A DNA stretch of 64,000 nucleotides from a virus. Both the position numbers and the translations under genes were made by a program. Shown here piece after piece: positions 9,457 through 18,579 of the stretch. Numbering within the stretch: the first letter of the stretch is position 1; each line of letters starts with the position of its first letter. The stretch spans positions 32,001 to 96,000 of IMG/VR virus record IMGVR_UViG_3300022187_000017. One strand, given 5' to 3'. Under the pieces are notes generated by a model. It saw nothing but the letters and a program-made list of their open reading frames with translations, was not told where the DNA came from and did not search any database.

Positions 9457-10284
9457 TTAGTATTTAAAATAGTCATAGAACCATTGATAAGATGCAATTA
9501 CACTTGCACTAAGGTTCCTTCCTAAAATTTCATCCCAGTCTGGTTTTAATGGTTGAACTTTCTTTCTGATTATATGATCTCCAAATGGGCCATATACTCT
9601 ATCATCTTCATGAGTAATTTGTTCTACATTATCAAAGTCATGATCATAATAAGGAAGTCCTAAGTACTCATACACCCTTTCCATTTCAGCTTTAGGATTT
9701 TCTGTGAAATCTTCAAACTTAATGAACAGTATATGTTCATCATTCCCTACATCGATTATCTCTTTTAGTCTTTCTAATGCCAATCCTACTGGAGGTGAAT
9801 TAGACCACCTAACTAATCTCTTTTCAATAGTAGTTCCTTCACCCTTTCCCCAATCTACTACACCATTATCTGCTTCAGCATTCTTTCTATGCTTCTTCTC
9901 CATTGAAGAAAATACTCCTCTGAGATCTCTTACCATGCAAATCATCTTAGGATCCTCTGAGTAACTTTTTACAAAGTCATAATAATATCCCCAGCCTCTA
10001 CATTTATCGACTACTCTAGGCTTATCTGTGAGAGCTCCATACCACCCTTGTAAACTTCCTTGGCAAAATCCCTTCCATGCCTTCTTCATTTCTTCAGCAT
10101 CTTGTGCTCTGAATTCTTCTGCTGTGGAATATTGCTTCCTTGCTCCAAATAATAGCTCTGCTACTCCTGATGTTGGAGATACATAAAACTCTGGGTTCTG
10201 TCCTATCACATTCTGCAATAAGGTGCTCCCACTTCTTGGTATTGATGACTGGTAGTAAATCTCTATTCTACTATTCTTAGGCAT
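9457..10284 (-). CDS. PAPS-dependent sulfotransferase family protein
   Basis: 5'-PSB motif IPRSGSTLL, VDK.R.W, 3'-PB motif VRDLRGVFSS, FEDF..NP...M..VY.YLG. Confidence 0.88.
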   Translation of the reverse strand: MPKNSRIEIYYQSSIPRSGSTLLQNVIGQNPEFYVSPTSGVAELLFGARKQYSTAEEFRAQDAEEMKKAWKGFCQGSLQGWYGALTDKPRVVDKCRGWGYYYDFVKSYSEDPKMICMVRDLRGVFSSMEKKHRKNAEADNGVVDWGKGEGTTIEKRLVRWSNSPPVGLALERLKEIIDVGNDEHILFIKFEDFTENPKAEMERVYEYLGLPYYDHDFDNVEQITHEDDRVYGPFGDHIIRKKVQPLKPDWDEILGRNLSASVIASYQWFYDYFKY

Positions 10285-10291
10285 ACTTTGA

Positions 10292-11023
10292 TTATGTTAC
10301 AATTGTTAAAACTCCTGCATTACTCCATACAGCTCCTGATGGCAACCCTGCAGCCGAAGTAGGTATTGATGTAATTGATAAGTTGTTACAGAAAAAAGAA
10401 TTAGTTCTATTAGTTGTAATGTAGGCTCCTGCAATAAAAGTAGTGGCATGGTTTACAATATTATATCTTCCACCCATGATCCCTGAATCGCTCATACTTG
10501 GATTTATGCTATTGCTATACCCACCACCAATAAATCCATATGCACCATTTATGGTATGGCTATATCCACCAGCTATGACAGATTTATTTCCAGCTGCATC
10601 GATAGTACTATTCTTCCCACCTCCTATGGTAGAGTTTAGTCCTGCAGCTGAATTATTATTTCCTAATGATACTGATTCAATTCCTGTAGCATCATTATCT
10701 CCTCCTACTGCAAATGACCTAGCTCCAGTAGCTCCTGATGCTTCATCTGCAAAGGTTTGGGAAGTTAAATCTACTGCATTAAGTCCTACAGGGCCAAAAT
10801 TAGCTGCTGTTCTTCCTAGAATTACTAATCCCTCTCCATTGCCTTCATCAAGTAATTCTGTTCCACCACCACCTGATATTGATGTGTTTTCATCTGCTAC
10901 TGCTCCTATTGAGCTTTCTAGTGCTGATGATATATCTTCTCTTATAACATCAGTCCCTTGGACATTTGATCCAATTTTCTCAATAACTCTTATTAGAAGT
11001 TCTGTGTTTGAATTTATAGCCAT
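10292..11023 (-). CDS. fibre protein with GG-repeat beta-roll/adhesin-like repeats
   Basis: Repeats S.IGGG.N / SVIAGGY / FIGGGY; C-terminal IPTSAAGLPSGAVWSNAGVL motif. Confidence 0.75.
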   Translation of the reverse strand: MAINSNTELLIRVIEKIGSNVQGTDVIREDISSALESSIGAVADENTSISGGGGTELLDEGNGEGLVILGRTAANFGPVGLNAVDLTSQTFADEASGATGARSFAVGGDNDATGIESVSLGNNNSAAGLNSTIGGGKNSTIDAAGNKSVIAGGYSHTINGAYGFIGGGYSNSINPSMSDSGIMGGRYNIVNHATTFIAGAYITTNRTNSFFCNNLSITSIPTSAAGLPSGAVWSNAGVLTIVT

Positions 11024-11071
11024 TATTTCTTGTATTAATTAATTATACTATCTAATATAATCAATTTTTAT

Positions 11072-12373
11072 TTATATATTCACATCCTCATGTCTTATCT
11101 TACCCCTGTGATCCTTGTACAAATGGCACATGCCAGCTGTAGATGAGAATCCCATACTTTCTGACCATAAGTTCCCTGTAAATAGTGGAGCAATTGTGAT
11201 CTTCCTGTAGTCTAATGAGTCATGCTGCACCACTATGATATCTTCATAGACAGCAATCTTCTTCTTTAATGTTCTTTTAGTCTCTCTAGCATGATTGTGG
11301 CCTTGCATTACTATATGATACTCTGCCTCACTGAACCCATAATCCTGTACAATCTTCCCTGTATCCTTCTTAGATAGACCTAAATGGCCATGCATCCCTA
11401 GGTACCCTATACCATCTAGCATCCTTTTAGATACTGATTGGAATACTTCAGACTCTATGCTCTTGTAATCCTTCTGGAATAAGTACTGGAGAGCATAGGC
11501 TACCTCTCCACTCATATCTTCTTTATTACTACTAGTTACTCTGTCATGATTACCCGGAACGAAATCCACCAGCTCCAGATTGTTGATCTTAGAATATAGG
11601 TGTTTACATAGCAGCTCATGTGTCATGATCAATCCATTGATGCCATAAGCATTCTTATCTAATCCCTTCCAGCTATTGATATGATTCAGGCCTGTAAATG
11701 ACTCTATAAAGTCTCCTAAGAGGCATAAATACACCTTCTTATATTGCTTATCATTCACTTCATTAGCAATCTCCTCTAAATATCCTGCTAGGATCCCCAG
11801 ATTGAAGTCCTGTGATTTTTGTAGATCTGCTGTGAATGCTCCTGCATGGAAGTCCCCTAATGGAATCACTCCCCAGCCTAACTTTGCATTACCCTTTTTA
11901 CGTACAGATCTCTTCTTATATTTTATATTCTTCCACAATAGCTCTGGGCATGCCCTAAGCAGCTTGAGAGTGATACCATAATTCTGGACAGTCACCACAT
12001 CAAATCCCATGGCCTTACCCTCTCTCTTTACTTTCATGGAAGTTGACCATGACTTACACTCAAACTTATCTACAGTATACTTATCTGTATCTATTTCAAA
12101 GTGTTTTATAGCATCCTCCTTACTCTTTAAAGGCTTACCTCCCAAGTAGGTTAATATAACTCCATTACTGGATTCTGTTATACTCTCCTTCTCTTCTGGC
12201 TCTGGTATTTTTGATGATATATTCTCCTTTACTACTACACCTAGTAATTCAGCCTCTTGTTCTGTTAATGCATACCTAGGTATTCTATTCTCTTCAAATG
12301 CATCTCCTCTCATTTCTGCAAGTGCAGATACTTGTTCAGCATCTAAGTGAACCCTTATTGTTTTACTATTCAT
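11072..12373 (-). CDS. calcineurin-like metallophosphoesterase/nuclease
   Basis: GDFH, LGDFIE, GNHDR, HGH, GHNH motifs in canonical order. Confidence 0.85.
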   Translation of the reverse strand: MNSKTIRVHLDAEQVSALAEMRGDAFEENRIPRYALTEQEAELLGVVVKENISSKIPEPEEKESITESSNGVILTYLGGKPLKSKEDAIKHFEIDTDKYTVDKFECKSWSTSMKVKREGKAMGFDVVTVQNYGITLKLLRACPELLWKNIKYKKRSVRKKGNAKLGWGVIPLGDFHAGAFTADLQKSQDFNLGILAGYLEEIANEVNDKQYKKVYLCLLGDFIESFTGLNHINSWKGLDKNAYGINGLIMTHELLCKHLYSKINNLELVDFVPGNHDRVTSSNKEDMSGEVAYALQYLFQKDYKSIESEVFQSVSKRMLDGIGYLGMHGHLGLSKKDTGKIVQDYGFSEAEYHIVMQGHNHARETKRTLKKKIAVYEDIIVVQHDSLDYRKITIAPLFTGNLWSESMGFSSTAGMCHLYKDHRGKIRHEDVNI

Positions 12374-12434
12374 AAGTAAGTATTAAGTTATCAATTGTTA
12401 CTTCAGTTCCTACCTAAAATAGGAAAATTCCCTA

Positions 12435-12671
12435 TCACAGGAATATGTAAACAAATGTAGCAATGAGGTATGTGTGAAAAGATACATTCCCTACTATGTA
12501 GATCCATTTCTCTAAAATTGGAATCTTTGCGAATATTTGCCTTTCATTGTGGTACTTATAGATCAGATTATCTAGCACTCCCAATAGGAGTATTGCTAAT
12601 GACAATATACCTGCCACCTGAGCTATAAGTTGTACAACTACAGCAAATGTAATTGATAATATTAAATCCAT
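12435..12671 (-). CDS. small membrane protein
   Basis: Two hydrophobic helices. Confidence 0.6.
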   Translation of the reverse strand: MDLILSITFAVVVQLIAQVAGILSLAILLLGVLDNLIYKYHNERQIFAKIPILEKWIYIVGNVSFHTYLIATFVYIFL

Positions 12672-12920
12672 TCTTTCTCTCTTTACTGACTACTTGTTAT
12701 ATGTATTCTCAACTAGGAAATCTGACTTTTCAATACTTCCAGTAGAATATGCTAATGCAGTCATTGTTACTATAAGGAAGAGAGCTATTGCAACTCCCCA
12801 CTGTCCACGCTTTTTCATATAATGTCCAATTAGTTATGCTTCATTTTTACTGGGTTTAGCTTACCCGACATCAGCCAATATACAAAATTATTGTCACTTT
12901 ATTGACATTGTGACAATAAA

Positions 12921-13268
12921 TTATCCTTTCTGCCATTTAGGAGGAAGAGCCTGCTTCTCTGGTTTGACTATATAAACCTCAACATCAGCTGGAAGATCTT
13001 CTGCTACTCCAAATATTGATGTTGGGTATAGGTAGATCTTACCCGGGCCGACTATTCTCTCAAATCTAACTACAGCTCCAGCCTGAAGGATCACCCTGAA
13101 TCCATTCAAGTAAAGAGTATCCCCTATGAACACTCCTCCATCATCAGCTACAAATGTAGTTGGAGTCTCCAATATTAATGACTCTAGTTTAAAATTCTCC
13201 TGTGCTTGGACACTTGGACATAAAAACTGTCCAACTATGATCAATAGTACTACTAATAATTTCTTCAT
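12921..13268 (-). CDS. secreted hypothetical protein
   Basis: Sec signal MKKLLVVLLIIVG...VQA-Q; Gln at +1 is typical of Bacteroidota. Confidence 0.65.
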   Translation of the reverse strand: MKKLLVVLLIIVGQFLCPSVQAQENFKLESLILETPTTFVADDGGVFIGDTLYLNGFRVILQAGAVVRFERIVGPGKIYLYPTSIFGVAEDLPADVEVYIVKPEKQALPPKWQKG

Positions 13269-13474
13269 AACTTGATTTTAAATTTATCTTCAATTTCCTT
13301 CTTAGTCCCAAATTCCACCTTATGCGTATCTATCTGGTATGCATTATCAGATACAACCATATATTTATCTTTAAATCCTGTCTTAATAACATGCATCACT
13401 TCTGGCTCATCTTCTAGCTTGAATGACTTAACTAATGTTATAGCATTGAACTTTACCCACTTATTCCAAGCCAT
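13265..13474 (-). CDS. hypothetical protein
   Basis: ATGA-coupled ORF in operon. Confidence 0.6.
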   Translation of the reverse strand: MAWNKWVKFNAITLVKSFKLEDEPEVMHVIKTGFKDKYMVVSDNAYQIDTHKVEFGTKKEIEDKFKIKL

Positions 13475-13478
13475 ATCT

Positions 13479-13862
13479 TTATCTTTGGCCTATGTCTCTT
13501 AGATACTCTCTGGTGTCATCTCTACCCATCATTCTAGCATAAGTCCCAGAAGGGAGCTCTATGATGATCTTACCTGCAGCTGTAGCATACTTTAGTTCCA
13601 TAGCTATTCCACCCGGGATTCTTCCATCTGGGAGAGCCTTGAATGCGAATACCTCACACTCTCTCACCTTAGTACCAAACACCTTATCAAACTTAGCCTC
13701 ATAGGATCCTGTTTTCTCTGCAGCAAACTCTGCTGATACCTCTGGTGTATTTGGATTCAATACCTCCAGACCTAATGCCTCCAAAGTTTTGACATCCCTC
13801 TCCTCTTGAGGAGTATTGTAAATTCCCATAAAATGGGCATAATAAACCTTTAATTTCTTCAT
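13479..13862 (-). CDS. nucleoside 2-deoxyribosyltransferase-like protein
   Basis: KVYYAH, VLNP, GG.AMELKYA...GK.I match the NDT/N-glycosidase fold pattern. Confidence 0.6.
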   Translation of the reverse strand: MKKLKVYYAHFMGIYNTPQEERDVKTLEALGLEVLNPNTPEVSAEFAAEKTGSYEAKFDKVFGTKVRECEVFAFKALPDGRIPGGIAMELKYATAAGKIIIELPSGTYARMMGRDDTREYLRDIGQR

Positions 13863-14203
13863 AGTTTTTTTATTAAATCGTATTTCTCAAACATTTCAAA
13901 TTCTAACTCATCACTCCAGATATGGATCTCATGATCTGGTAGGCTTACTATTCCTTTAATGGATCCTGTATCTAGCTCAACTAAGGAACAGTTGTATACA
14001 TTACTTTTACCATTCTTATATGTACCCTTCTCCCATCCATTACCTGAATCCCAGATGATCTTAGCTCCTATCTGAGGAACACTGGCTGCAACCTTCATAG
14101 CTGCCATGATCACATTGAAGAGACTTGGATATGTTTTCTTGAACTTATCAACATCCCAGTCCTTCATCAACTTTCTAGCCTCTCTATTGAGTATCTCTTC
14201 CAT
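13859..14203 (-). CDS. hypothetical protein
   Basis: Start moved to the TAATG-coupled ATG at 14203. Confidence 0.6.
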   Translation of the reverse strand: MEEILNREARKLMKDWDVDKFKKTYPSLFNVIMAAMKVAASVPQIGAKIIWDSGNGWEKGTYKNGKSNVYNCSLVELDTGSIKGIVSLPDHEIHIWSDELEFEMFEKYDLIKKL

Positions 14204-14673
14204 TAGGTATTGAAGTTTAGATTCTTCCACTTGATCATGTCTAGATGATCCTTAGATCTTCCATAGCTGGCCTTAGCATCGATAACTCCCTGCACTGACT
14301 GAACCTTACCTTTTACTCTGCCATCCTCACTCACATACTCTAATAATCCCTTTGGCAAACTAGCATGATCCTCCAGCAATATGTCCAGACAATACCCATT
14401 CTTCTTTAACTTCAGGGATCTCTTCCCTGCAGATCCAAGACAGTCTCCTTCTGATACTGATCTAAGGAGAGATAAGATATGTCTCTGCTCTTTAGTTGGC
14501 TTATAGATGATAATATCTAGATCATCTGGAGTTTTGTCCAGATTGAGTCCATGAAGGTGTAGTGCATGTGTCCCTCCTATTACTAAATTACTAAATCTAT
14601 TCAGCTGTGATAAAATTGTGTAGAATTGAATGATTGTCTCATTCATCTTCTCTGTTACGCTTAATTTTTTCAT
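14203..14673 (-). CDS. Pol-beta-superfamily minimal nucleotidyltransferase
   Basis: IGGT.AL.LHG....PDDLDII, LDI, K...GR.KD..D. Confidence 0.75.
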   Translation of the reverse strand: MKKLSVTEKMNETIIQFYTILSQLNRFSNLVIGGTHALHLHGLNLDKTPDDLDIIIYKPTKEQRHILSLLRSVSEGDCLGSAGKRSLKLKKNGYCLDILLEDHASLPKGLLEYVSEDGRVKGKVQSVQGVIDAKASYGRSKDHLDMIKWKNLNFNT

Positions 14674-14858
14674 CTCTTTCTCTTTTTACGTTTTCTCCTG
14701 TTCTTTGCTCTGGTGATCATACCCTTCTTTTTAGACTTCAGAGTTTTTCTATCCTCTGGAGTCATATAGACATAATCACTTACTCCTGAATACCACATTA
14801 GAAATGTTTCTCTTTTTTTAACCAATCTTGCGGTGTTATGTAGCCTTCTCTTTGGCAA
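14670..14858 (-). CDS. small basic hypothetical protein
   Basis: Lys/Arg-rich; ATGA overlap with the next gene. Confidence 0.5.
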   Translation of the reverse strand: MPKRRLHNTARLVKKRETFLMWYSGVSDYVYMTPEDRKTLKSKKKGMITRAKNRRKRKKRKR

Positions 14859-15181
14859 TGTTCCATATAGTACTGCATATTTTGAAACATATCTAACTTA
14901 CCCTTCGGCTTCGCAACATCGTGTATAGCTAAATTTTTAACTTGGTCTAAGTAAAAATCAACCATCATATATTTTAATCCATGTAGTGTAATATTTATTC
15001 CTCTGCCATATTCTGAGTTAGAGATGTAATCATTTGCTTTTTTGTTTAATTCACTTCTATTCATTTTTTTTACTTGCTTCTGTTCACATTCATTCCAAAC
15101 TTGTTTTAATGCTAACATTACACTTACGCTATCAGGGTAAGCTGTTTCCGCTTGTATTTCTTTAATTCTATCACTTGTCAT
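14798..15181 (-). CDS. hypothetical protein (compositionally foreign)
   Basis: 127-aa ORF, CpG-containing and GATC-free. Confidence 0.6.
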   Translation of the reverse strand: MTSDRIKEIQAETAYPDSVSVMLALKQVWNECEQKQVKKMNRSELNKKANDYISNSEYGRGINITLHGLKYMMVDFYLDQVKNLAIHDVAKPKGKLDMFQNMQYYMEHCQREGYITPQDWLKKEKHF

Positions 15182-15241
15182 ATAATTAATTTTAGTGTTT
15201 CAAATTTTGCTAGGTCTATGCCCATTATTACTTCACTCATC

Positions 15242-15838
15242 TTAAAACCTCTTCCAGTTAGCTGGATCTGTATCCAGTATGTTGATCTCAAATCCTACCT
15301 GTACTGAGTGCTTAAATGAAGATTTAATGTTATATAGGATCTCAAAATCCTGCCTGTCTACAAATTGTAGTGTAGCTATCCCCTTGAACCCATTAAAGAA
15401 TTCATATCCTAATACAGCTCCAGCTCCAAATCCTCTCTTTGCTAGACCTCTATCAAGTATTCCATAGTCTATGTATAATCCAGCCTCTAAGTGCTCTAAG
15501 AATAGCTGATTGAATGTGTAGCCTACCTCAACTGCATATCTCTTGTATGCTGGTAGTTCTGGATTAAGTGTAGCATATTCAAATGAAGGTGCTACATGCA
15601 TGTATCCCCACTCCTGTTGATTACCTTGCCATCTTGATTTAACTAGAATATTGGTTAACCCTGAAGGGATCCCATGTGCATCATCTCCTATTACAGTAAT
15701 CTTTGGATCTACCTGTACTGATAATGATACTGCTGTCTGTGCTGATCCTACCTGATATATACCCACTAGGAGTACAGCATACAGTAAGATCTGTAATAAT
15801 GTTCTGGTAATACTAATTTGTTTTTTCATGATTTTCAA
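15242..15838 (-). CDS. putative outer-membrane beta-barrel protein
   Basis: Signal peptide (...GSA-Q) followed by amphipathic strands (VEVGYTF, LEAGLYI, AVLGYEF, VQVGFEI). Confidence 0.6.
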   Translation of the reverse strand: MKIMKKQISITRTLLQILLYAVLLVGIYQVGSAQTAVSLSVQVDPKITVIGDDAHGIPSGLTNILVKSRWQGNQQEWGYMHVAPSFEYATLNPELPAYKRYAVEVGYTFNQLFLEHLEAGLYIDYGILDRGLAKRGFGAGAVLGYEFFNGFKGIATLQFVDRQDFEILYNIKSSFKHSVQVGFEINILDTDPANWKRF

Positions 15839-15891
15839 TTTATGTTTATTGTTGTTTAAGTTGCGAATATATAACTAATATATTTAATATC

Positions 15892-16482
15892 CTAATAAAA
15901 TTTTATATTGTGCCTTACACTGAAGGCTGTTGGATCATTAGTGATCTGAGGAGTCTCCAGCTCCTGTACAAAGGTTATTATCCTCAATCCATCCTCACTA
16001 CCATCATCATAATAGTAAGTCTCACTGTGGCCTCCTATGATCTCTCTACGTATCTTTGGGAACCTCTTCTGGATCTCTTTACTTAGATCCATATTGATTC
16101 CTTTGGCATGTAAGGCTTTCACTAGATGATATTCCTTCTGCTCAGTTATATCCTTTGACATCTTATCAATGGCTGCCTGCATATGGATCTGGCCTTCATC
16201 AAAGTCTATTGAGAACTTATTTGCTGTTGCTATCCTTCTTGGCTCAAAATAAACCTCTTCCACTCTATACCCTTCACATAAACCCCAGATCATCTTGGTG
16301 TCCCTGCATTGAATATATCCTACAGCATGATCAAATAATGCACCACCATACATTGCCTGTATTGGTTTTATACTTGGCTTTTCTATACATAACCCAACTC
16401 TACCATTGGCTCCTTCTGCTCCTGCTCCTCCATTTAATACTTTATAGAGGTACCCTACTTCTAATTGTTTTGTCTCTCCCAT
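15892..16482 (-). CDS. hypothetical protein
   Basis: 196-aa ORF in operon. Confidence 0.65.
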   Translation of the reverse strand: MGETKQLEVGYLYKVLNGGAGAEGANGRVGLCIEKPSIKPIQAMYGGALFDHAVGYIQCRDTKMIWGLCEGYRVEEVYFEPRRIATANKFSIDFDEGQIHMQAAIDKMSKDITEQKEYHLVKALHAKGINMDLSKEIQKRFPKIRREIIGGHSETYYYDDGSEDGLRIITFVQELETPQITNDPTAFSVRHNIKFY

Positions 16483-16697
16483 AACTTGCTATTCTTCCCA
16501 TCTGCTGGGAATAGATTAAAATTCTGTTTTACTGTTCTAAATTCTAGATCTGCTGCTACATGATCCATTGCTGGAATGAACTTCTGTGGTATTTTTATAT
16601 TCTTCTCCCAGAGCCTTCTAAACTCATCCTTATCAATAGATAGCATTGGAGGTACTGTCCCTATTACTATCACCTTACCTGTTGATCCTGTACTCAT
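16461..16697 (-). CDS. hypothetical protein
   Basis: Starts MSTGST inside a 21-bp direct repeat. Confidence 0.55.
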   Translation of the reverse strand: MSTGSTGKVIVIGTVPPMLSIDKDEFRRLWEKNIKIPQKFIPAMDHVAADLEFRTVKQNFNLFPADGKNSKLWERQNN

Positions 16698-16713
16698 ACT
16701 ATAACTTGTTATT

Positions 16714-16884
16714 TTACCAACTACTACCCTTATAATTAGGTCTTTTTCTTGGCCTCATTCCTAATACTGATGGATGAACTAACTCAGGATCTCCATTCTC
16801 ATGTATGATCCATATTAGATCAAACCCTATCCAGTTTATCCTAACCTTCTCTCCAGTAGCTATAATTGTTGATCCTGTACTCAT
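16714..16884 (-). CDS. 56-aa hypothetical protein (not in the ORF track)
   Basis: My translation MSTGSTIIATGEKVRINWIGFDLIWIIHENGDPELVHPSVLGMRPRKRPNYKGSSW*; ATGA-coupled to the 16881 gene. Confidence 0.6.
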   Translation of the reverse strand: MSTGSTIIATGEKVRINWIGFDLIWIIHENGDPELVHPSVLGMRPRKRPNYKGSSW

Positions 16885-17249
16885 ACTGCTGTCTTGTTTA
16901 AGTCAATATATCTTGGCTTATCTGAGATCTTATTGAAGGAAAGACCTTCCTCATACATATCCTCTTGGAAGTATACCAGTCCAGACTCTACATTCACCTT
17001 GATCAATGGAAAGAATCCACCTATTGCAGATGTCTTAGTCTCATATCTGAATAACTTCTCATTAGGCCTCATCTTGAAGTCTGCATATTGACCTACCTCA
17101 AACTCATCCAATGGATATAGGTAGAAGTCTTGACTCACATCTTTAAGTCCAAATGCTCCTACAGACTGTAGGCCATGGCTCTGTTGGCTCTCCCAGATCT
17201 TACACCCCTTGAATGTCTCTAGATCTGTAATTGTTAATCGATTATTCAT
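16881..17249 (-). CDS. hypothetical protein, first gene of a promoter module
   Basis: Follows the promoter at 17278-17308. Confidence 0.65.
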   Translation of the reverse strand: MNNRLTITDLETFKGCKIWESQQSHGLQSVGAFGLKDVSQDFYLYPLDEFEVGQYADFKMRPNEKLFRYETKTSAIGGFFPLIKVNVESGLVYFQEDMYEEGLSFNKISDKPRYIDLNKTAV

Positions 17250-17277
17250 GATGAAATGATTTATTGTTATTAGACTG

Positions 17278-17308
17278 CTAATATAATCATTATATTTTTA
17301 ATACGCAA
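17278..17308 (-). promoter_or_regulatory. Bacteroidota sigmaA-type promoter
   Basis: TTG-N20-TATATTAG. Confidence 0.7.
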
Positions 17309-17319
17309 ATTTATCTTTA

Positions 17320-18108
17320 TTACATCACCCAATCCTCTACTATATCTGGCTCTACTCCTGCCTCCAGAGCTTCCTGTACTGACTTGATAGATTCTCCATT
17401 CTTGAATGTATGGCCTATCTGCTCCTCTACAGCTACATACTCAGCTAATAACTCTGGGTTCTCTTTACCTGCTATTAGGAGTGCATTGAATGGACTGAAG
17501 ATACAGAAACAACATGACAGCCTTGGCATCCCCAGATCATATGCTTTATGATACTCCAGATTGTTACCCTTGATCACATCCCAGACCTTCTTAGAGCTCC
17601 AGTCATGTACAGGTAGATAATCTATCACTGTCCTCTTCTTAGTGGTTAACTGCTTATTTAATGACTCCACCTTTCTCTTAGATCTGGCTGGAGACTCCTC
17701 TGCTCTGAATCCAAATACATACAGGATCTTACAAACTCCCATCTCTTTAGTTAGCTTAGTTACTACTCTAGCACCCGGGCCACGCTTGAAATCACTGGTA
17801 CACCATCTCTGTTGGCTACTTGGCCACTTACCTCTCCTCACTGCATACTCCAGAAGATCCTCCTCATAGCCATCCTTATCTCTTCTCTTGCTGTAATAGG
17901 TCTTTAGTCCCCAGTGATCAGATTGTCTCTTAACTAGCTCCTTTGTGCCTTTCCACTCAACCTTACCTAGATCCTGATGTGACACTACTAACTGATCCAG
18001 AGGATAGCACTGTTCCAATGCCATCTGAACCATTTGCCAGACAGACACTAGAGAGTCCTTCCCTCCAGATGAATTGATGATCACTAGATCATAGTCAGCT
18101 AAGATCAT
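17320..18108 (-). CDS. PAPS reductase-family (PP-loop, Fe-S) protein
   Basis: SSGGKDS PP-loop, RWCTSDFK, GFRAEESPAR, RLSCCFC. Confidence 0.88.
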   Translation of the reverse strand: MILADYDLVIINSSGGKDSLVSVWQMVQMALEQCYPLDQLVVSHQDLGKVEWKGTKELVKRQSDHWGLKTYYSKRRDKDGYEEDLLEYAVRRGKWPSSQQRWCTSDFKRGPGARVVTKLTKEMGVCKILYVFGFRAEESPARSKRKVESLNKQLTTKKRTVIDYLPVHDWSSKKVWDVIKGNNLEYHKAYDLGMPRLSCCFCIFSPFNALLIAGKENPELLAEYVAVEEQIGHTFKNGESIKSVQEALEAGVEPDIVEDWVM

Positions 18109-18464
18109 AAGTAGACCATTTTAAGGATCTCCTCTTCCCACTCCTTGTAAGAAGGATCTAACTCAAACTTAAAAGTCTGAGGATTGTACTGTGAAGGATG
18201 AATAGCTGAATAATTCACCTCTCTCTTCACCTGATCAGAGGCTTTAAGATAATCAAGTATCTGCTCAATTCCCATCATAAACAAAGATGCAGAGAAATAC
18301 TTATCTACTGTCTCCATTTTAGATGTGTTCTTCTCCCCATTAAAGTAAGTCACTCTAATGATAGGCTTACCAGTATCAAGACACTTAAATGTGTCAACTG
18401 GGAAATCTAGACCTAGACTCTCTAGGCTCTTCTTAATTTCACTAATTGCTTTTTGTGATGTCAT
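18105..18464 (-). CDS. hypothetical protein
   Basis: Start moved to the ATG at 18464 (MTSQKA) because the longer ORF overlaps the promoter. Confidence 0.6.
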   Translation of the reverse strand: MTSQKAISEIKKSLESLGLDFPVDTFKCLDTGKPIIRVTYFNGEKNTSKMETVDKYFSASLFMMGIEQILDYLKASDQVKREVNYSAIHPSQYNPQTFKFELDPSYKEWEEEILKMVYL

Positions 18465-18487
18465 AATTGTTGTTTTTAATTCTGGTG

Positions 18488-18518
18488 TAAATATAGTTAC
18501 TATATATTTACTGTGCAA
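18488..18518 (-). promoter_or_regulatory. Bacteroidota sigmaA-type promoter
   Basis: TTG-N20-TATATTTA; 30 bp identical to 46480-46509. Confidence 0.8.
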
Positions 18519-18579
18519 ATTTATTTTTAGTGAAATGCCAAAATACCTTGTTAGCACCTATAAACACTAAGAAACTTTT

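Noticed and set aside
12888-12919. Inverted repeat TTATTGTCAC-N12-GTGACAATAA
   Set aside because: It could be an operator or weak terminator, but it is single-copy and AT-rich, so no function can be supported.
14907-14935. attC-like half site (GCAAC ATCGTGTATAGC)
   Set aside because: I could not find the complementary second arm or an integron integrase.
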